A stretch of DNA of 61,868 nucleotides. Source: Deltaproteobacteria bacterium. GTDB lineage: Bacteria; Desulfobacterota; Anaeroferrophillalia; Anaeroferrophillales; Tharpellaceae. Where the stretch lies: assembly GCA_030633185.1 (NCBI GenBank), contig DAOVTG010000001.1:1-61868 (forward strand), read 5' to 3'. The notes beneath the pieces were generated by a model that was given only the letters and a program-made list of their open reading frames with translations, did not search any database and was not told where the DNA came from. The position numbers and the translations under genes are program-made. This document shows positions 27,079 through 36,083 of this stretch, one piece after another. Positions within the stretch are counted from its first letter, which is position 1. Every line of letters begins with the position of its first letter.

Positions 27079-29181
27079 TCAAACATAGGTGCTGATATCG
27101 CGGAAATTCAGTACCAGGATAGGTTTTCCGGTACCGACCACGGCGGTTCCGGTGAAGGTCTGGTTGTTTTTTAGAAATTCATGGTCAAATTGGGAGACCA
27201 CGACCTTGACTTTGAATTTAATACCATGAACACCACAGGCCAAGCGGCGTTGTTGTTCATCTTCAACGATAATGATGCGTTCAGATTTTTGCCCGTTAGT
27301 TACACAATTTAAAAACTGACCCATATCTATGAAGGGGAGCAAGGCTCCTCGGTAGTCAAAAAAATTGTTCTCCTGGAAAGATGAGAGGCTGATATCGTCA
27401 ACATTCATGACTTCCACCAGGGAGCAATATTCAATTCCATAGGCCTGGTCGCCGAGTTCAACCAGTTGTACATCTCTGGTTTGATTGCCCATATCCAGAG
27501 GCAAAAAGAGGTCAAGAACGGTACCCTCTCCAAAGGTCGAGGTGAGTTGCAGACGTCCACCGGCTGATTCAATCGTTGTGCGTACCACGTCCATACCGAC
27601 GCCGCGACCGGAAACACTGGTAACCTCTTTGTTGGTAGAAAAACCGGCGGCAAAAATCAATTGGTTTACGGCCTGGTCATCTAGGTTATCATCTGCCGTG
27701 ATCAACCCTTTAGAGATGGCCTTGGCTCTGATTTTGGCCGTATCGAGCCCCTTTCCATCATCTTTGATACTGATTTTCAGCAGATCGTCAGCCCGGCTGG
27801 CCAGGATTAACAACTTTCCCTGAGCTGGCTTGCCGCTGTTTTCCCGTTCCGTTGGGGTTTCGATACCGTGATCCACCGAGTTGCGGACGATATGAACCAG
27901 AGGATCATTAAGGGATTTGACCAGGCTGCGGGGTATTTCAATCTCTTCGCCGCCAAGTTCAACTGCAATATTTTTACCTAACTCCTCGGCAAGCTTGGAG
28001 ACTACCGAAGGCAGACGTTGAAAAACATCTCTCAAGCGGCGATTATTAAGGCTCGAGACTTTGGCTTCAAGATTGTTGACGTTATGATCAAGATCAGTAT
28101 AGCTATCTTTTAGATGTTTACGGTAGGTTGTTGGGATATGTTTGCCCATCTCCTGAACCAGATTTTCCAGGGTATTACGATTTGCCACCAGGGCGCCGAC
28201 ATTATGAGACACCTCTTCTAGGATCTTGCCCGGTACGCGGAAAAATTCCTCTTTTTCCGGTTGTTGTTTAGTCGTAGTTTCAGCTATTGACGAATCCACT
28301 TTTGCTTTGCTTTCGACCTCTTTTTCAGGCTCTTTTTCCTTCCAGGTAATCTCGGCATCTATGGCAATACCTTTTTCCCAAAAATAGGCAAAGGCTTGCT
28401 CTATGACCTCAGGCATGGTGTCATAGACATCAAAGAGGGTCTCCCATTCAAGCATTTTTTCACCATTGGTGAGGTCAGCCTGAAGACTCTTCTGGTCGCT
28501 GAAAAGCGAGACTATATCATATTTGGCAAAGAGATCTGCCGGGCCATTACGAGCCAGATCCTCAAGCACCGTCAGTTGTAGTTGTACCATCTTGGTGACA
28601 TCTTTGCCCGCCAGTATGACTTTTTCCAAATCCTTGAAATTAACTGCCAGTTGTTGTTGATCTGCGCCTGAAAGCTTGACCATTAAGGCTCTTATCTCGG
28701 TAACTGCCGGCAATAGAGTGTCGCTGCCGATTTCATTTTCATCAGTTGTGAGTCTATCCTTAAGTTCCTCTATCAAAGTGATAAAACTTTCCAGAGAGCC
28801 CTCTTCCTGGCGTAAGTCACTTAAGGCCTGCAAAGCTTCGGCATAAGTCGGCAGATGTAGAATGCCGGGATCGTCGGCCTCTTGTACGGCCTCGGTCATA
28901 AGATCCATACTGGTAAGCAGGGCCTCAGTCTCCGGCTGATTAAGACCATCCTTCATCTCCTGCTTGTCCCGGACAAAATCTTCTACTTTATGGACATATT
29001 GGGAAAAATCAAAGAGATCAAGAAAACTACTGGTTCCTTTAAGGGTATGAAGGCAGCGGAAAATGGCGTCAACTCCATTGGCGTCACATTCACCACTTCC
29101 CAACTCATCCCTGGCATCATCGAGCAGGGTGAGTGCTTCTTGCATAAAACCTTCTAGCAGTTGTGGGTCTACCTGGCTCAT
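27079..29181 (-). CDS. cheA: CheA-type histidine kinase, third paralogue (Hpt, long linker, dimerisation, HATPase_c, CheW-like)
   Basis: P1 FRCLHTLKGTSSFLD, P4 LVHIVRNSVDHGIE...GRGVGMDVV, C-terminal CheW-like P5. Confidence 0.8.
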   Translation of the reverse strand: MSQVDPQLLEGFMQEALTLLDDARDELGSGECDANGVDAIFRCLHTLKGTSSFLDLFDFSQYVHKVEDFVRDKQEMKDGLNQPETEALLTSMDLMTEAVQEADDPGILHLPTYAEALQALSDLRQEEGSLESFITLIEELKDRLTTDENEIGSDTLLPAVTEIRALMVKLSGADQQQLAVNFKDLEKVILAGKDVTKMVQLQLTVLEDLARNGPADLFAKYDIVSLFSDQKSLQADLTNGEKMLEWETLFDVYDTMPEVIEQAFAYFWEKGIAIDAEITWKEKEPEKEVESKAKVDSSIAETTTKQQPEKEEFFRVPGKILEEVSHNVGALVANRNTLENLVQEMGKHIPTTYRKHLKDSYTDLDHNVNNLEAKVSSLNNRRLRDVFQRLPSVVSKLAEELGKNIAVELGGEEIEIPRSLVKSLNDPLVHIVRNSVDHGIETPTERENSGKPAQGKLLILASRADDLLKISIKDDGKGLDTAKIRAKAISKGLITADDNLDDQAVNQLIFAAGFSTNKEVTSVSGRGVGMDVVRTTIESAGGRLQLTSTFGEGTVLDLFLPLDMGNQTRDVQLVELGDQAYGIEYCSLVEVMNVDDISLSSFQENNFFDYRGALLPFIDMGQFLNCVTNGQKSERIIIVEDEQQRRLACGVHGIKFKVKVVVSQFDHEFLKNNQTFTGTAVVGTGKPILVLNFRDISTYV

Positions 29182-29666
29182 ATCTTCTCCTCATGGTTGA
29201 ATGTTTGAACCATGTCCAACCAATATCGGTGTCGGCTATACATTGTATTAATGGCCTTGGCCAGCTCACCTGGTTTTATGGGTTTAAGGAAAATATAGGT
29301 TGCTCCACAACGTTGAGAACGGCTGACAACTTCGAGCGTGTTATGGGATGTAACCACGATAAAATAGCAGCTAGGTCGTTTTAGATGGAGTCGCTTGATA
29401 AGTTCAAAGCCATCGATATATGGCATCGAGATATCTGTGATCAGCAGGTGATACGGATTTTTGAGAAAATCCTGCATAGCCAGAACCGGATCGTTAAACG
29501 TTGTACAGGTGAAACCGTGTTTTTTTAAAATTGCTGAGAGCTGTAAAGTAATACTGGGATCGTCATCGACGACCATAATGTTTAATGCAGATTTCGGGTT
29601 ACGAATCTCGGACGGAGTCAACTCTTTTTCTACTTTAGCTGAAGTTGACTTATTAGTTTTTTTCAT
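29178..29666 (-). CDS. Single-domain response regulator (REC) with ~30-aa N-terminal extension
   Basis: IMVVDDDPSI, LLITDISMPYIDG, LKP. ATGA-type overlap with the downstream cheA paralogue. Confidence 0.8.
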   Translation of the reverse strand: MKKTNKSTSAKVEKELTPSEIRNPKSALNIMVVDDDPSITLQLSAILKKHGFTCTTFNDPVLAMQDFLKNPYHLLITDISMPYIDGFELIKRLHLKRPSCYFIVVTSHNTLEVVSRSQRCGATYIFLKPIKPGELAKAINTMYSRHRYWLDMVQTFNHEEKI

Positions 29667-29707
29667 GTTTAATGCCCTCCAAATATGTACAACTTTTTGA
29701 TCCTAAT

Positions 29708-30046
29708 TCAGAAAATATTTTTAAATTCCTCAAAATTTTGGATAAGTTCTGGGATCAGTTTTTCGGCTGTATTATAATCTTCAGTTTTCCCTGACTGTTC
29801 GATAGCTTCAGCGCTATCTCTTAAAGCCAAGGCCCCAGCGTTGGCAGCTCCACCTTTGATGAAATGAGCATGACTTTTTATCTCCGGCCCCATCTTGTCA
29901 ATAATAGCCTGTTGCAGGAGCTCTATTTTTTCTTCAGTGGATTGTAAAAAAACCGGGACAATCTCATTCATTAGATCTTCATCATCCATGCAGCGCTGCA
30001 ATAATCCCTCTCGATCAAAAATTACTGATTCATTTTCACTTTGCAT
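29708..30046 (-). CDS. Stand-alone Hpt phosphotransfer protein
   Basis: 112 aa, all-helical, SHAHFIKGGAANAGA phospho-His motif. Confidence 0.75.
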   Translation of the reverse strand: MQSENESVIFDREGLLQRCMDDEDLMNEIVPVFLQSTEEKIELLQQAIIDKMGPEIKSHAHFIKGGAANAGALALRDSAEAIEQSGKTEDYNTAEKLIPELIQNFEEFKNIF

Positions 30047-30059
30047 TGTTTTTTGCTCC

Positions 30060-30764
30060 TTATAAATTGGGCAAACTTATTTTAAAACACAGCCCTGTGG
30101 AAGAGCGATTTTCCACCTCAAGCTTGCCCTTTAGTCGGGAAACCGCCTGGCGACAGAAGGGCAGGCCCAGACCGACTCCGCGATAACAGCCCAACCTTGA
30201 ACCCTCTTTTTGATAATAGTTATCAAAAATGTAGGGTAACTGTTCCGCTGGTACTCCGGGGCCTTCATCCTCAATCTCCACAATGATACCGCCCTTTATT
30301 TCTATTTCAGTGTTAATCCAGACCCGGCTGCCGGGGCTGGAATATTTGATACTGTTAATTAGTAGATTGTTGAGTATTCGTTGGAATAGCTTTGCATCAG
30401 TTCGGGAAACCAGTTGGCGATTGCTGTTTCCCAACACCAGTTCCACATCCTTTTCCAGGCTGAGAAGCATCGGTATTGCCAACATTTTCGGCAGTGCTTC
30501 TTGCCAATCTATCTCAGTGATTTCCAGCGTAATATCTTGAGATTGCATCTTGCCAAGATCAAGAATATCTTGAAGCATCATCCGGCTAAAATCCAGAGCC
30601 TGATCACAACTGTTAACCAGATTTTGATGAAGTTTATTGGCACCATCATAGCGCCCTCTTTGCAAGAGCCCGACAATGGTTTGAAACGAGGCCAGGGCGG
30701 GTTCCAGGTCATGTACGAGAAAAGCGAGTTCAATTCGCGAATCCACAGCTTGTTGTTTTTTCAC
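30060..30764 (-). CDS. Small cytoplasmic HisKA/HATPase_c histidine kinase
   Basis: H-box LAFLVHDLEPAL, N-box LNNLLINSIKYS, G-boxes EDEGPGV and GVGLGL. The GTG at 30764 (GAGGA 4 nt upstream, 10 nt after the cheV stop) is preferred; the tracked ATG at 30842 would overlap cheV by 68 nt. Confidence 0.7.
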   Translation of the reverse strand: MKKQQAVDSRIELAFLVHDLEPALASFQTIVGLLQRGRYDGANKLHQNLVNSCDQALDFSRMMLQDILDLGKMQSQDITLEITEIDWQEALPKMLAIPMLLSLEKDVELVLGNSNRQLVSRTDAKLFQRILNNLLINSIKYSSPGSRVWINTEIEIKGGIIVEIEDEGPGVPAEQLPYIFDNYYQKEGSRLGCYRGVGLGLPFCRQAVSRLKGKLEVENRSSTGLCFKISLPNL

Positions 30765-30774
30765 ATAGTCCTCT

Positions 30775-31656
30775 TTACAGTATTTTTTCAATTTCACCGA
30801 TGAGCTCTTCAATATCAAGTTTGGAAACATGGGCGTTGGCACCTACTTCACGAGCCCTATCTTTCATGCCAATATCGCCGATTGATGAGTAGACGATTAC
30901 CGGGGTTTTCGGTCTCGCCTCTTTAATTAACTTGGTCAGGCTCAAGCCTTCAAGTTGTGGCATCTCGACATCGGTGATTACCAGAGCCCAATCCTCATGT
31001 TCATGAAAAATGTTCAAGGCCTGTTTGCCGTCTTTGGCCGTAATGATTTCAAAACCCATTTCGGAGAGCTCCACGGCCAGCATATCCCTTACAGCCTGGG
31101 AATCCTCGGCAATAAGTACCTTGCGTCCGGCCCCCGTAATCCGGCAATCCTGGGCTTTATTCAGCTCCTGGGTTCTGATCTCCGGGCTGAGCTCTAAAAT
31201 TATTTTTTCATAATCAAGGAGCAGGATATTGGTCTTGTCATCTGGTCTAACGATGCCAATAACGTAAGGACTGCCCAGGTTACCAAGTACCTCTTCGGCG
31301 TCAAAGACCCGCTCCCAGAGAATAGTGTGCAGGTAGTGAACCTTGTCGATAAAAAAACCGTTTTGCCGACGAAAAAATTCGGTAATCAAGATCCGTCCCC
31401 CTCGGGGTTTATACTCTTGATCGGGATCACGCATTTTCAAGAAAACGGCAAGATCAATAATCGGTACCACTAAACCCTGCTCCTCAATGAGCCCGGACAC
31501 CGCCGGATGGCTGTTAACCACGCCTGTCAACTGCTGCGGGGCACTGATTACCCGGCTGGTTTTGAGTACATTGAGACCAAAATGCAAACCGGCGCTGGAA
31601 AACTCCATTATTTTTAATTCATTGGTGCCTGACTTCAGATATGAACCCGGTTCCAT
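30775..31656 (-). CDS. cheV: CheV-like coupling protein (CheW domain plus REC)
   Basis: N-terminal CheW-like fold (LKIMEFSSAGLHFGLNVLKTSRVI...) and C-terminal REC (VLIAEDSQAVRD...VITDVEMPQLEG...SK). Confidence 0.8.
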   Translation of the reverse strand: MEPGSYLKSGTNELKIMEFSSAGLHFGLNVLKTSRVISAPQQLTGVVNSHPAVSGLIEEQGLVVPIIDLAVFLKMRDPDQEYKPRGGRILITEFFRRQNGFFIDKVHYLHTILWERVFDAEEVLGNLGSPYVIGIVRPDDKTNILLLDYEKIILELSPEIRTQELNKAQDCRITGAGRKVLIAEDSQAVRDMLAVELSEMGFEIITAKDGKQALNIFHEHEDWALVITDVEMPQLEGLSLTKLIKEARPKTPVIVYSSIGDIGMKDRAREVGANAHVSKLDIEELIGEIEKIL

Positions 31657-31717
31657 ATATGCCTCTTTTTGGTGTCTGGTTTAGTATATAAAAATTTCGT
31701 AATTTTTTATGGTGGTT

Positions 31718-32116
31718 TTATGAAATCCCGAGATTATGTAATTCTTGAGTTAATTTCTCATGAAAAATTGGTTTTATCAGATAACCGTCGCATTGTGCAT
31801 CCCTAAAAGAGTGCCTGGCAGTTTTCATATCATCTTGAGCCGTAATCATTAAAATTTTAGATCGATTCTGGGCAAAAATTGCGTGTTCATGTTCGTGTTT
31901 TCTGATTTTTTTTGCCAAGTCCAAACCAGTATCACCTGGAGGCATGGTTATGTCAAGGCAGATAAGAGAAAATGGGCTCTTGTTATCGATTGCCATTTTG
32001 GCAATGATCCAGGCCTCTTTTTCACAAGATGCCAAATAACAATCGCCATAAGGTGAAAGCATTTTGTGTAAAATTAAACGGGTAGCTATTTCATCTTCAG
32101 CTATAAGTATTTTCAT
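31718..32116 (-). CDS. Single-domain response regulator (CheY-like, divergent)
   Basis: MKILIAEDEIATR, LICLDITMPPGDTG, LIKP. Confidence 0.75.
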   Translation of the reverse strand: MKILIAEDEIATRLILHKMLSPYGDCYLASCEKEAWIIAKMAIDNKSPFSLICLDITMPPGDTGLDLAKKIRKHEHEHAIFAQNRSKILMITAQDDMKTARHSFRDAQCDGYLIKPIFHEKLTQELHNLGIS

Positions 32117-32134
32117 GTCAACTCCTGAGCGAAG

Positions 32135-34477
32135 TTATATCAGTTTATGGGTGTTGAGGATTAAAATCAGTCGTCCATTACCAAGGATTGAAACTCCGTT
32201 GAAAACATCAATATCTGCAAGCACAGGAGGTAAGGGTTTCATAACAATTTCCATGTTGCGAACAAATTTATCCACAATGATACCAAATTCGCTATCTTTG
32301 CTTCTGATAATCACCAGAAAAACCTCATCAAGCTCGTTGAGCTGTTGCCGTCTCCGCTGGCAATCTTTTCCTCCGGTTAACAGTGTGCTAACAAATGAGA
32401 CTGGAAGTACTTTATCACGGTAATGGAACAGCATATTTTCACCTGTACCACGAATTGAGGCCGGGTGAATTTTAATTGCCTCCACAACATTTTCAAATGG
32501 AAGCCCATAGTTGAGTCCGCAAATCTCAACTAGCAAAACCGTGCTAATGCCCATTGAGGCCGGAATTGTCAGGGTTAACAGTGAGCCTTTTCCCGGTTCG
32601 GAACTGACCTTTACATCCCCGTCAAGAGCGTCGATGGAGGAACGCACGACATCCATTCCCACGCCGCGACCGGAAAGATCTGTAGATTTGTCCATGGTAG
32701 AGAGCCCGGCTTTGAAGATAAGGGCAAGAATTTCCGGTTCATCCATACTCTCTACATCAATCCCGTCTTTTTTCGCCTTGGCCTTTAGTTTTTTCTGGTT
32801 AATACCAGCGCCGTCATCAATAATCCGAATAACAATATTACCGTTCTCCTGGCTGGCGGCCAGGGTAATAGTACCTTTCTCTGATTTGCCGGCGGCTCTG
32901 CGGACTTCGGGTGTTTCAATTCCATGATCGCAGGAGTTGCGAATAAGATGGATCATGGGGTCGGTAAGAGTGTCGGCCACTTTTTTATCAATTTCAGTCT
33001 CTTCACCCTGGAAAACAAGATCTATCTGTTTCTTCTTTTTTCTGGAAATATCACGAACAATACGGGTGAATTTTTGAAAAATAGTTTTAATCGGTACCAT
33101 CCGCAGATCCATGATGCCATGATGCATATCATTAACCAGCCGGGTAAAGTCGTGGAGGTTATCGCTTAATGCCTTCATCGCATCACCAGCAATTTTATCA
33201 TCAAGTCCGGCGAGCAGATACTCGTAAGAGTTCCTGCTTACCAACATCTCTCCAATCAGGTTCCCGAAGTTTTCAATCTTTGTTTCATCGACTTTCATAG
33301 TACGTATTTGATTGTTTTTTGAAAGAGCTTGCAAGTCTGCCGCTCCGGCTACTTCCATGATTTTTTGTTGTTGTAAAGCCCGGTCAATATCTGCGGGTTC
33401 AACTTTGCCCTGTTCCACCAGGATCTCTCCCAAAGCTTTCTGCTCTCCCAGCGCGGCATCCACATCTGCCCGGCTGATTTTGCCTTCTGCAACCAGTATC
33501 TCTCCAATTGGCTGTGGCCCTTTGACAAGGCCATCGGCAAAGTTAATAATCTCTTGCAAAGTTTCGAGAAAATCGGTTTCACTGATCTTTAGCATATCAT
33601 TTGCCAGATCAATAAGAAGGGCCAGGGTTGGTAATGAGATCTCCGCAAGAGCTGAAGATATATCGACCAAAGCCAGACTGATAATCTTTTGTTGCTCAGC
33701 GGATAAAGGTGAGATGTTGTTTTCAACAATGATGTCTCGTTGCCGGATAAGCGTTTCTATAAATGTTATCCTGACTTCGTACTCTTCCTTCGCCAGCAGG
33801 ACAAGACTTTCCTGGATCACGGGATCAACAAGCTCAGTTTGTACTCCTGAAATTTTAATTGATCGAAGTTTTTCTACGACCTCTGATTCAGGTTTTTTGC
33901 TGGCAAAAAGATCTTGCAAAGAGCTACCATAATTGACAATGGCATCAATGATTTTGTCAATCTCATGTCCGGTGGTCGAGAGATTACTGTTTTCCAGTTT
34001 CTCAATATCTTCATGGAACTCAGTCAAGGCAAGTTTGACACAAGAGTAGAAGATATGATCAAGCTTCAGCTCTTTGGATGATAAAAGTAAATCTTTTTCA
34101 TCTTGTTGATATGTGGCTTTAAACTGTTCAACAAGTTCAAGGTTGACTACCGGCGAATCACCAATGCTGGCTTTTTGGAGCATGTTTACAATGTAATCAT
34201 TACCTGACAGGGTTAAATCAATAATCTGTGAGGTAACGACAATTTTTTTATTGCGTAAAGCATCAAGCATCCCTTCAAGATGATGGGCAAAATCAGAGAC
34301 CGTTGAGAGGCCAAAAAAACCAGCTGTGCCTTTTACAGTGTGAATCCCTCGGAAAATGGCGTCAAGAATGGAGAGTTCCTCCGGGTTATTCTCAATGAGT
34401 AACAGGTCAGATGCAACTTTTTCTAAAATTTCATTTGATTCTTGAATAAATTCAAGTAATTCATTGTCAGGGTTCAT
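32135..34477 (-). CDS. cheA: CheA histidine kinase, second paralogue, with two tandem MshEN-like 24-25-aa repeats before the dimerisation domain
   Basis: P1 FRGIHTVKGTAGFFG; repeats PIGEILVAEGKISRADVDAALGEQ / ALGEILVEQGKVEPADIDRALQQQ; P4 MIHLIRNSCDHGIE...GRGVGMDVV; P5 CheW-like. Confidence 0.9.
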   Translation of the reverse strand: MNPDNELLEFIQESNEILEKVASDLLLIENNPEELSILDAIFRGIHTVKGTAGFFGLSTVSDFAHHLEGMLDALRNKKIVVTSQIIDLTLSGNDYIVNMLQKASIGDSPVVNLELVEQFKATYQQDEKDLLLSSKELKLDHIFYSCVKLALTEFHEDIEKLENSNLSTTGHEIDKIIDAIVNYGSSLQDLFASKKPESEVVEKLRSIKISGVQTELVDPVIQESLVLLAKEEYEVRITFIETLIRQRDIIVENNISPLSAEQQKIISLALVDISSALAEISLPTLALLIDLANDMLKISETDFLETLQEIINFADGLVKGPQPIGEILVAEGKISRADVDAALGEQKALGEILVEQGKVEPADIDRALQQQKIMEVAGAADLQALSKNNQIRTMKVDETKIENFGNLIGEMLVSRNSYEYLLAGLDDKIAGDAMKALSDNLHDFTRLVNDMHHGIMDLRMVPIKTIFQKFTRIVRDISRKKKKQIDLVFQGEETEIDKKVADTLTDPMIHLIRNSCDHGIETPEVRRAAGKSEKGTITLAASQENGNIVIRIIDDGAGINQKKLKAKAKKDGIDVESMDEPEILALIFKAGLSTMDKSTDLSGRGVGMDVVRSSIDALDGDVKVSSEPGKGSLLTLTIPASMGISTVLLVEICGLNYGLPFENVVEAIKIHPASIRGTGENMLFHYRDKVLPVSFVSTLLTGGKDCQRRRQQLNELDEVFLVIIRSKDSEFGIIVDKFVRNMEIVMKPLPPVLADIDVFNGVSILGNGRLILILNTHKLI

Positions 34478-34481
34478 ATTT

Positions 34482-36059
34482 TCATATCCGTTTTTGAATC
34501 TCTTCTTTCAGCATCTCTCGTTTTAGGGGTTTGTTTAAAAAACCATTTGCCCCGGCATCGTTGGCCAGCTCTTTTTGGGACTGTTCCGACTCGGTAGTGG
34601 CCATAATAATAGGTAGATCTGAATATTGCGGGCGCTTACGCACCTCTCTAATCAGTTCAATACCGTCCATGTTCGGCATATTCATGTCCGTGATCAAGAT
34701 ATCTATTTGAACCCCGGAATCAAGTATCTCTAACGCCTTCTTGCCATCTAAGGCAGTGGTGATCTGGAGCCCCATCTCCTTGGCCGCACCCTGATAGAAA
34801 AAAAGCAGCGCCTTGGAGTCATCAGCGACCAGCAGATGGGTATCAGAAAGGTTAGCAGCGCTCAACGATTGCAAACCTTTCAAGTCGGCGGCGGCCCGGG
34901 TTCCAACCAGCTCTTTCAAGATCTGACTAAAGAGTTCTGTGGCCTCCGGGTCGTTACTGTCGAGTAGACGCTCTATGAGGATTTCGCCTTGTTCTTTATC
35001 TCTGTAGACCAATTCCATAAGATTACTTGAGCGGGTATCGATCATGGTTTGGATGATTAGGCTGGCCTGAATCTCATTTTCATTAAGGCAGGTTTGGAGC
35101 AAATCCGCGATACGCTCATCGGCTTGTTGTTCAAGGCCGGTGATTACGGCCATAAGTAACAGGTCATCTGTCTGTTTTAGACCATCTATCAAAGTTACCA
35201 GACTGCGGGAAGCTGAAATTCTTCCCAGAGCTTCGTAGAGGGCAAACTTTAGATTTGGTTCAAGCTTAGTCCGGCGATAGAGTAGACGACAGGTAAGTCC
35301 GGCTCCTTTAACATCGCCAATCATGCCGATGAGGTTAGCCGCCAGGATACGTTCGTCTTTGTCGCCAGTGGCGAGACAGGATTCCAGAGCAGGCAAGCTG
35401 GTTGTGCCGATGGCCAATATCTGTTCATGACAAATCATCCGCAGGCCGGGATTAAGGTGATGAATCTGTTCAATCAGAAAAGCCAAGGAGTCATCATCTG
35501 GAAAATGGTTAAATTGAGCTAAGGCCAGGCCCGATTTTAGCGAGTCGCTGCCGGTTTTGACTTCAGCCCTAACCACCTCCATCATCATATCTCGGCCAGA
35601 AATATTTTGCATACGTCCGACATGCGCCATAACCGTACCGCTGATGGTAAGATCATCATGGTCGAGATAGGGGAGCAGGATGGTGAAAATTTCGGCTTCA
35701 CTCAACATTGTCAGAGAGCGGATAATTGCAGTTAAAATCTCGATATCATCGCGATTATCAGCCAGCATTTTTTTTAAGTGTGAAAGTGAATCTTCGATTC
35801 CGGAGGCTCCGGCCATTTTTATCGAAAGCAACCGCACTCGTCGACTCTTGGCCGAAAGTCCGCTCACGATCTCTTTTTGCTGACCAGGCAAGAGCACTAA
35901 TAGAGCGTGATAGACCATCTTGTCTACCGCTGGATCGGCCAGGGGCTCTTCATAAATTCGCAGTAGTCCCAGCAGAGCCGTAATATCTGCGGTTTCCTGA
36001 ATCGTGGCGAGCAGGTTGATCTGCTCGATCATATCTTTATCTTTAAAATCAGTTAACAT
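34482..36059 (-). CDS. HEAT-repeat protein with C-terminal receiver domain
   Basis: About 400 aa of alpha-solenoid/HEAT-like repeats, then REC (LLVADDSKALL...ILITDMNMPNMDG...NKP). Confidence 0.75.
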   Translation of the reverse strand: MLTDFKDKDMIEQINLLATIQETADITALLGLLRIYEEPLADPAVDKMVYHALLVLLPGQQKEIVSGLSAKSRRVRLLSIKMAGASGIEDSLSHLKKMLADNRDDIEILTAIIRSLTMLSEAEIFTILLPYLDHDDLTISGTVMAHVGRMQNISGRDMMMEVVRAEVKTGSDSLKSGLALAQFNHFPDDDSLAFLIEQIHHLNPGLRMICHEQILAIGTTSLPALESCLATGDKDERILAANLIGMIGDVKGAGLTCRLLYRRTKLEPNLKFALYEALGRISASRSLVTLIDGLKQTDDLLLMAVITGLEQQADERIADLLQTCLNENEIQASLIIQTMIDTRSSNLMELVYRDKEQGEILIERLLDSNDPEATELFSQILKELVGTRAAADLKGLQSLSAANLSDTHLLVADDSKALLFFYQGAAKEMGLQITTALDGKKALEILDSGVQIDILITDMNMPNMDGIELIREVRKRPQYSDLPIIMATTESEQSQKELANDAGANGFLNKPLKREMLKEEIQKRI

Positions 36060-36083
36060 TAAAAGTCACAGAGGATGGCTAAG

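Noticed and set aside
30765-30842. 68-nt overlap between the cheV-like gene and the small histidine kinase ORF
   Set aside because: It is probably an artefact of the longest-ORF convention. A GTG with a GAGGA RBS just after the cheV stop (30764) gives a non-overlapping gene. It is not evidence for frameshifting.
33312-33932. 206-aa plus-strand ORF inside the second cheA gene
   Set aside because: It lies fully antisense to a gene with strong CheA motifs. Its product is low-complexity and Ser/Ile/Arg-rich, with no RBS and no recognisable domain. It is the typical shadow ORF of a long helical coding region.
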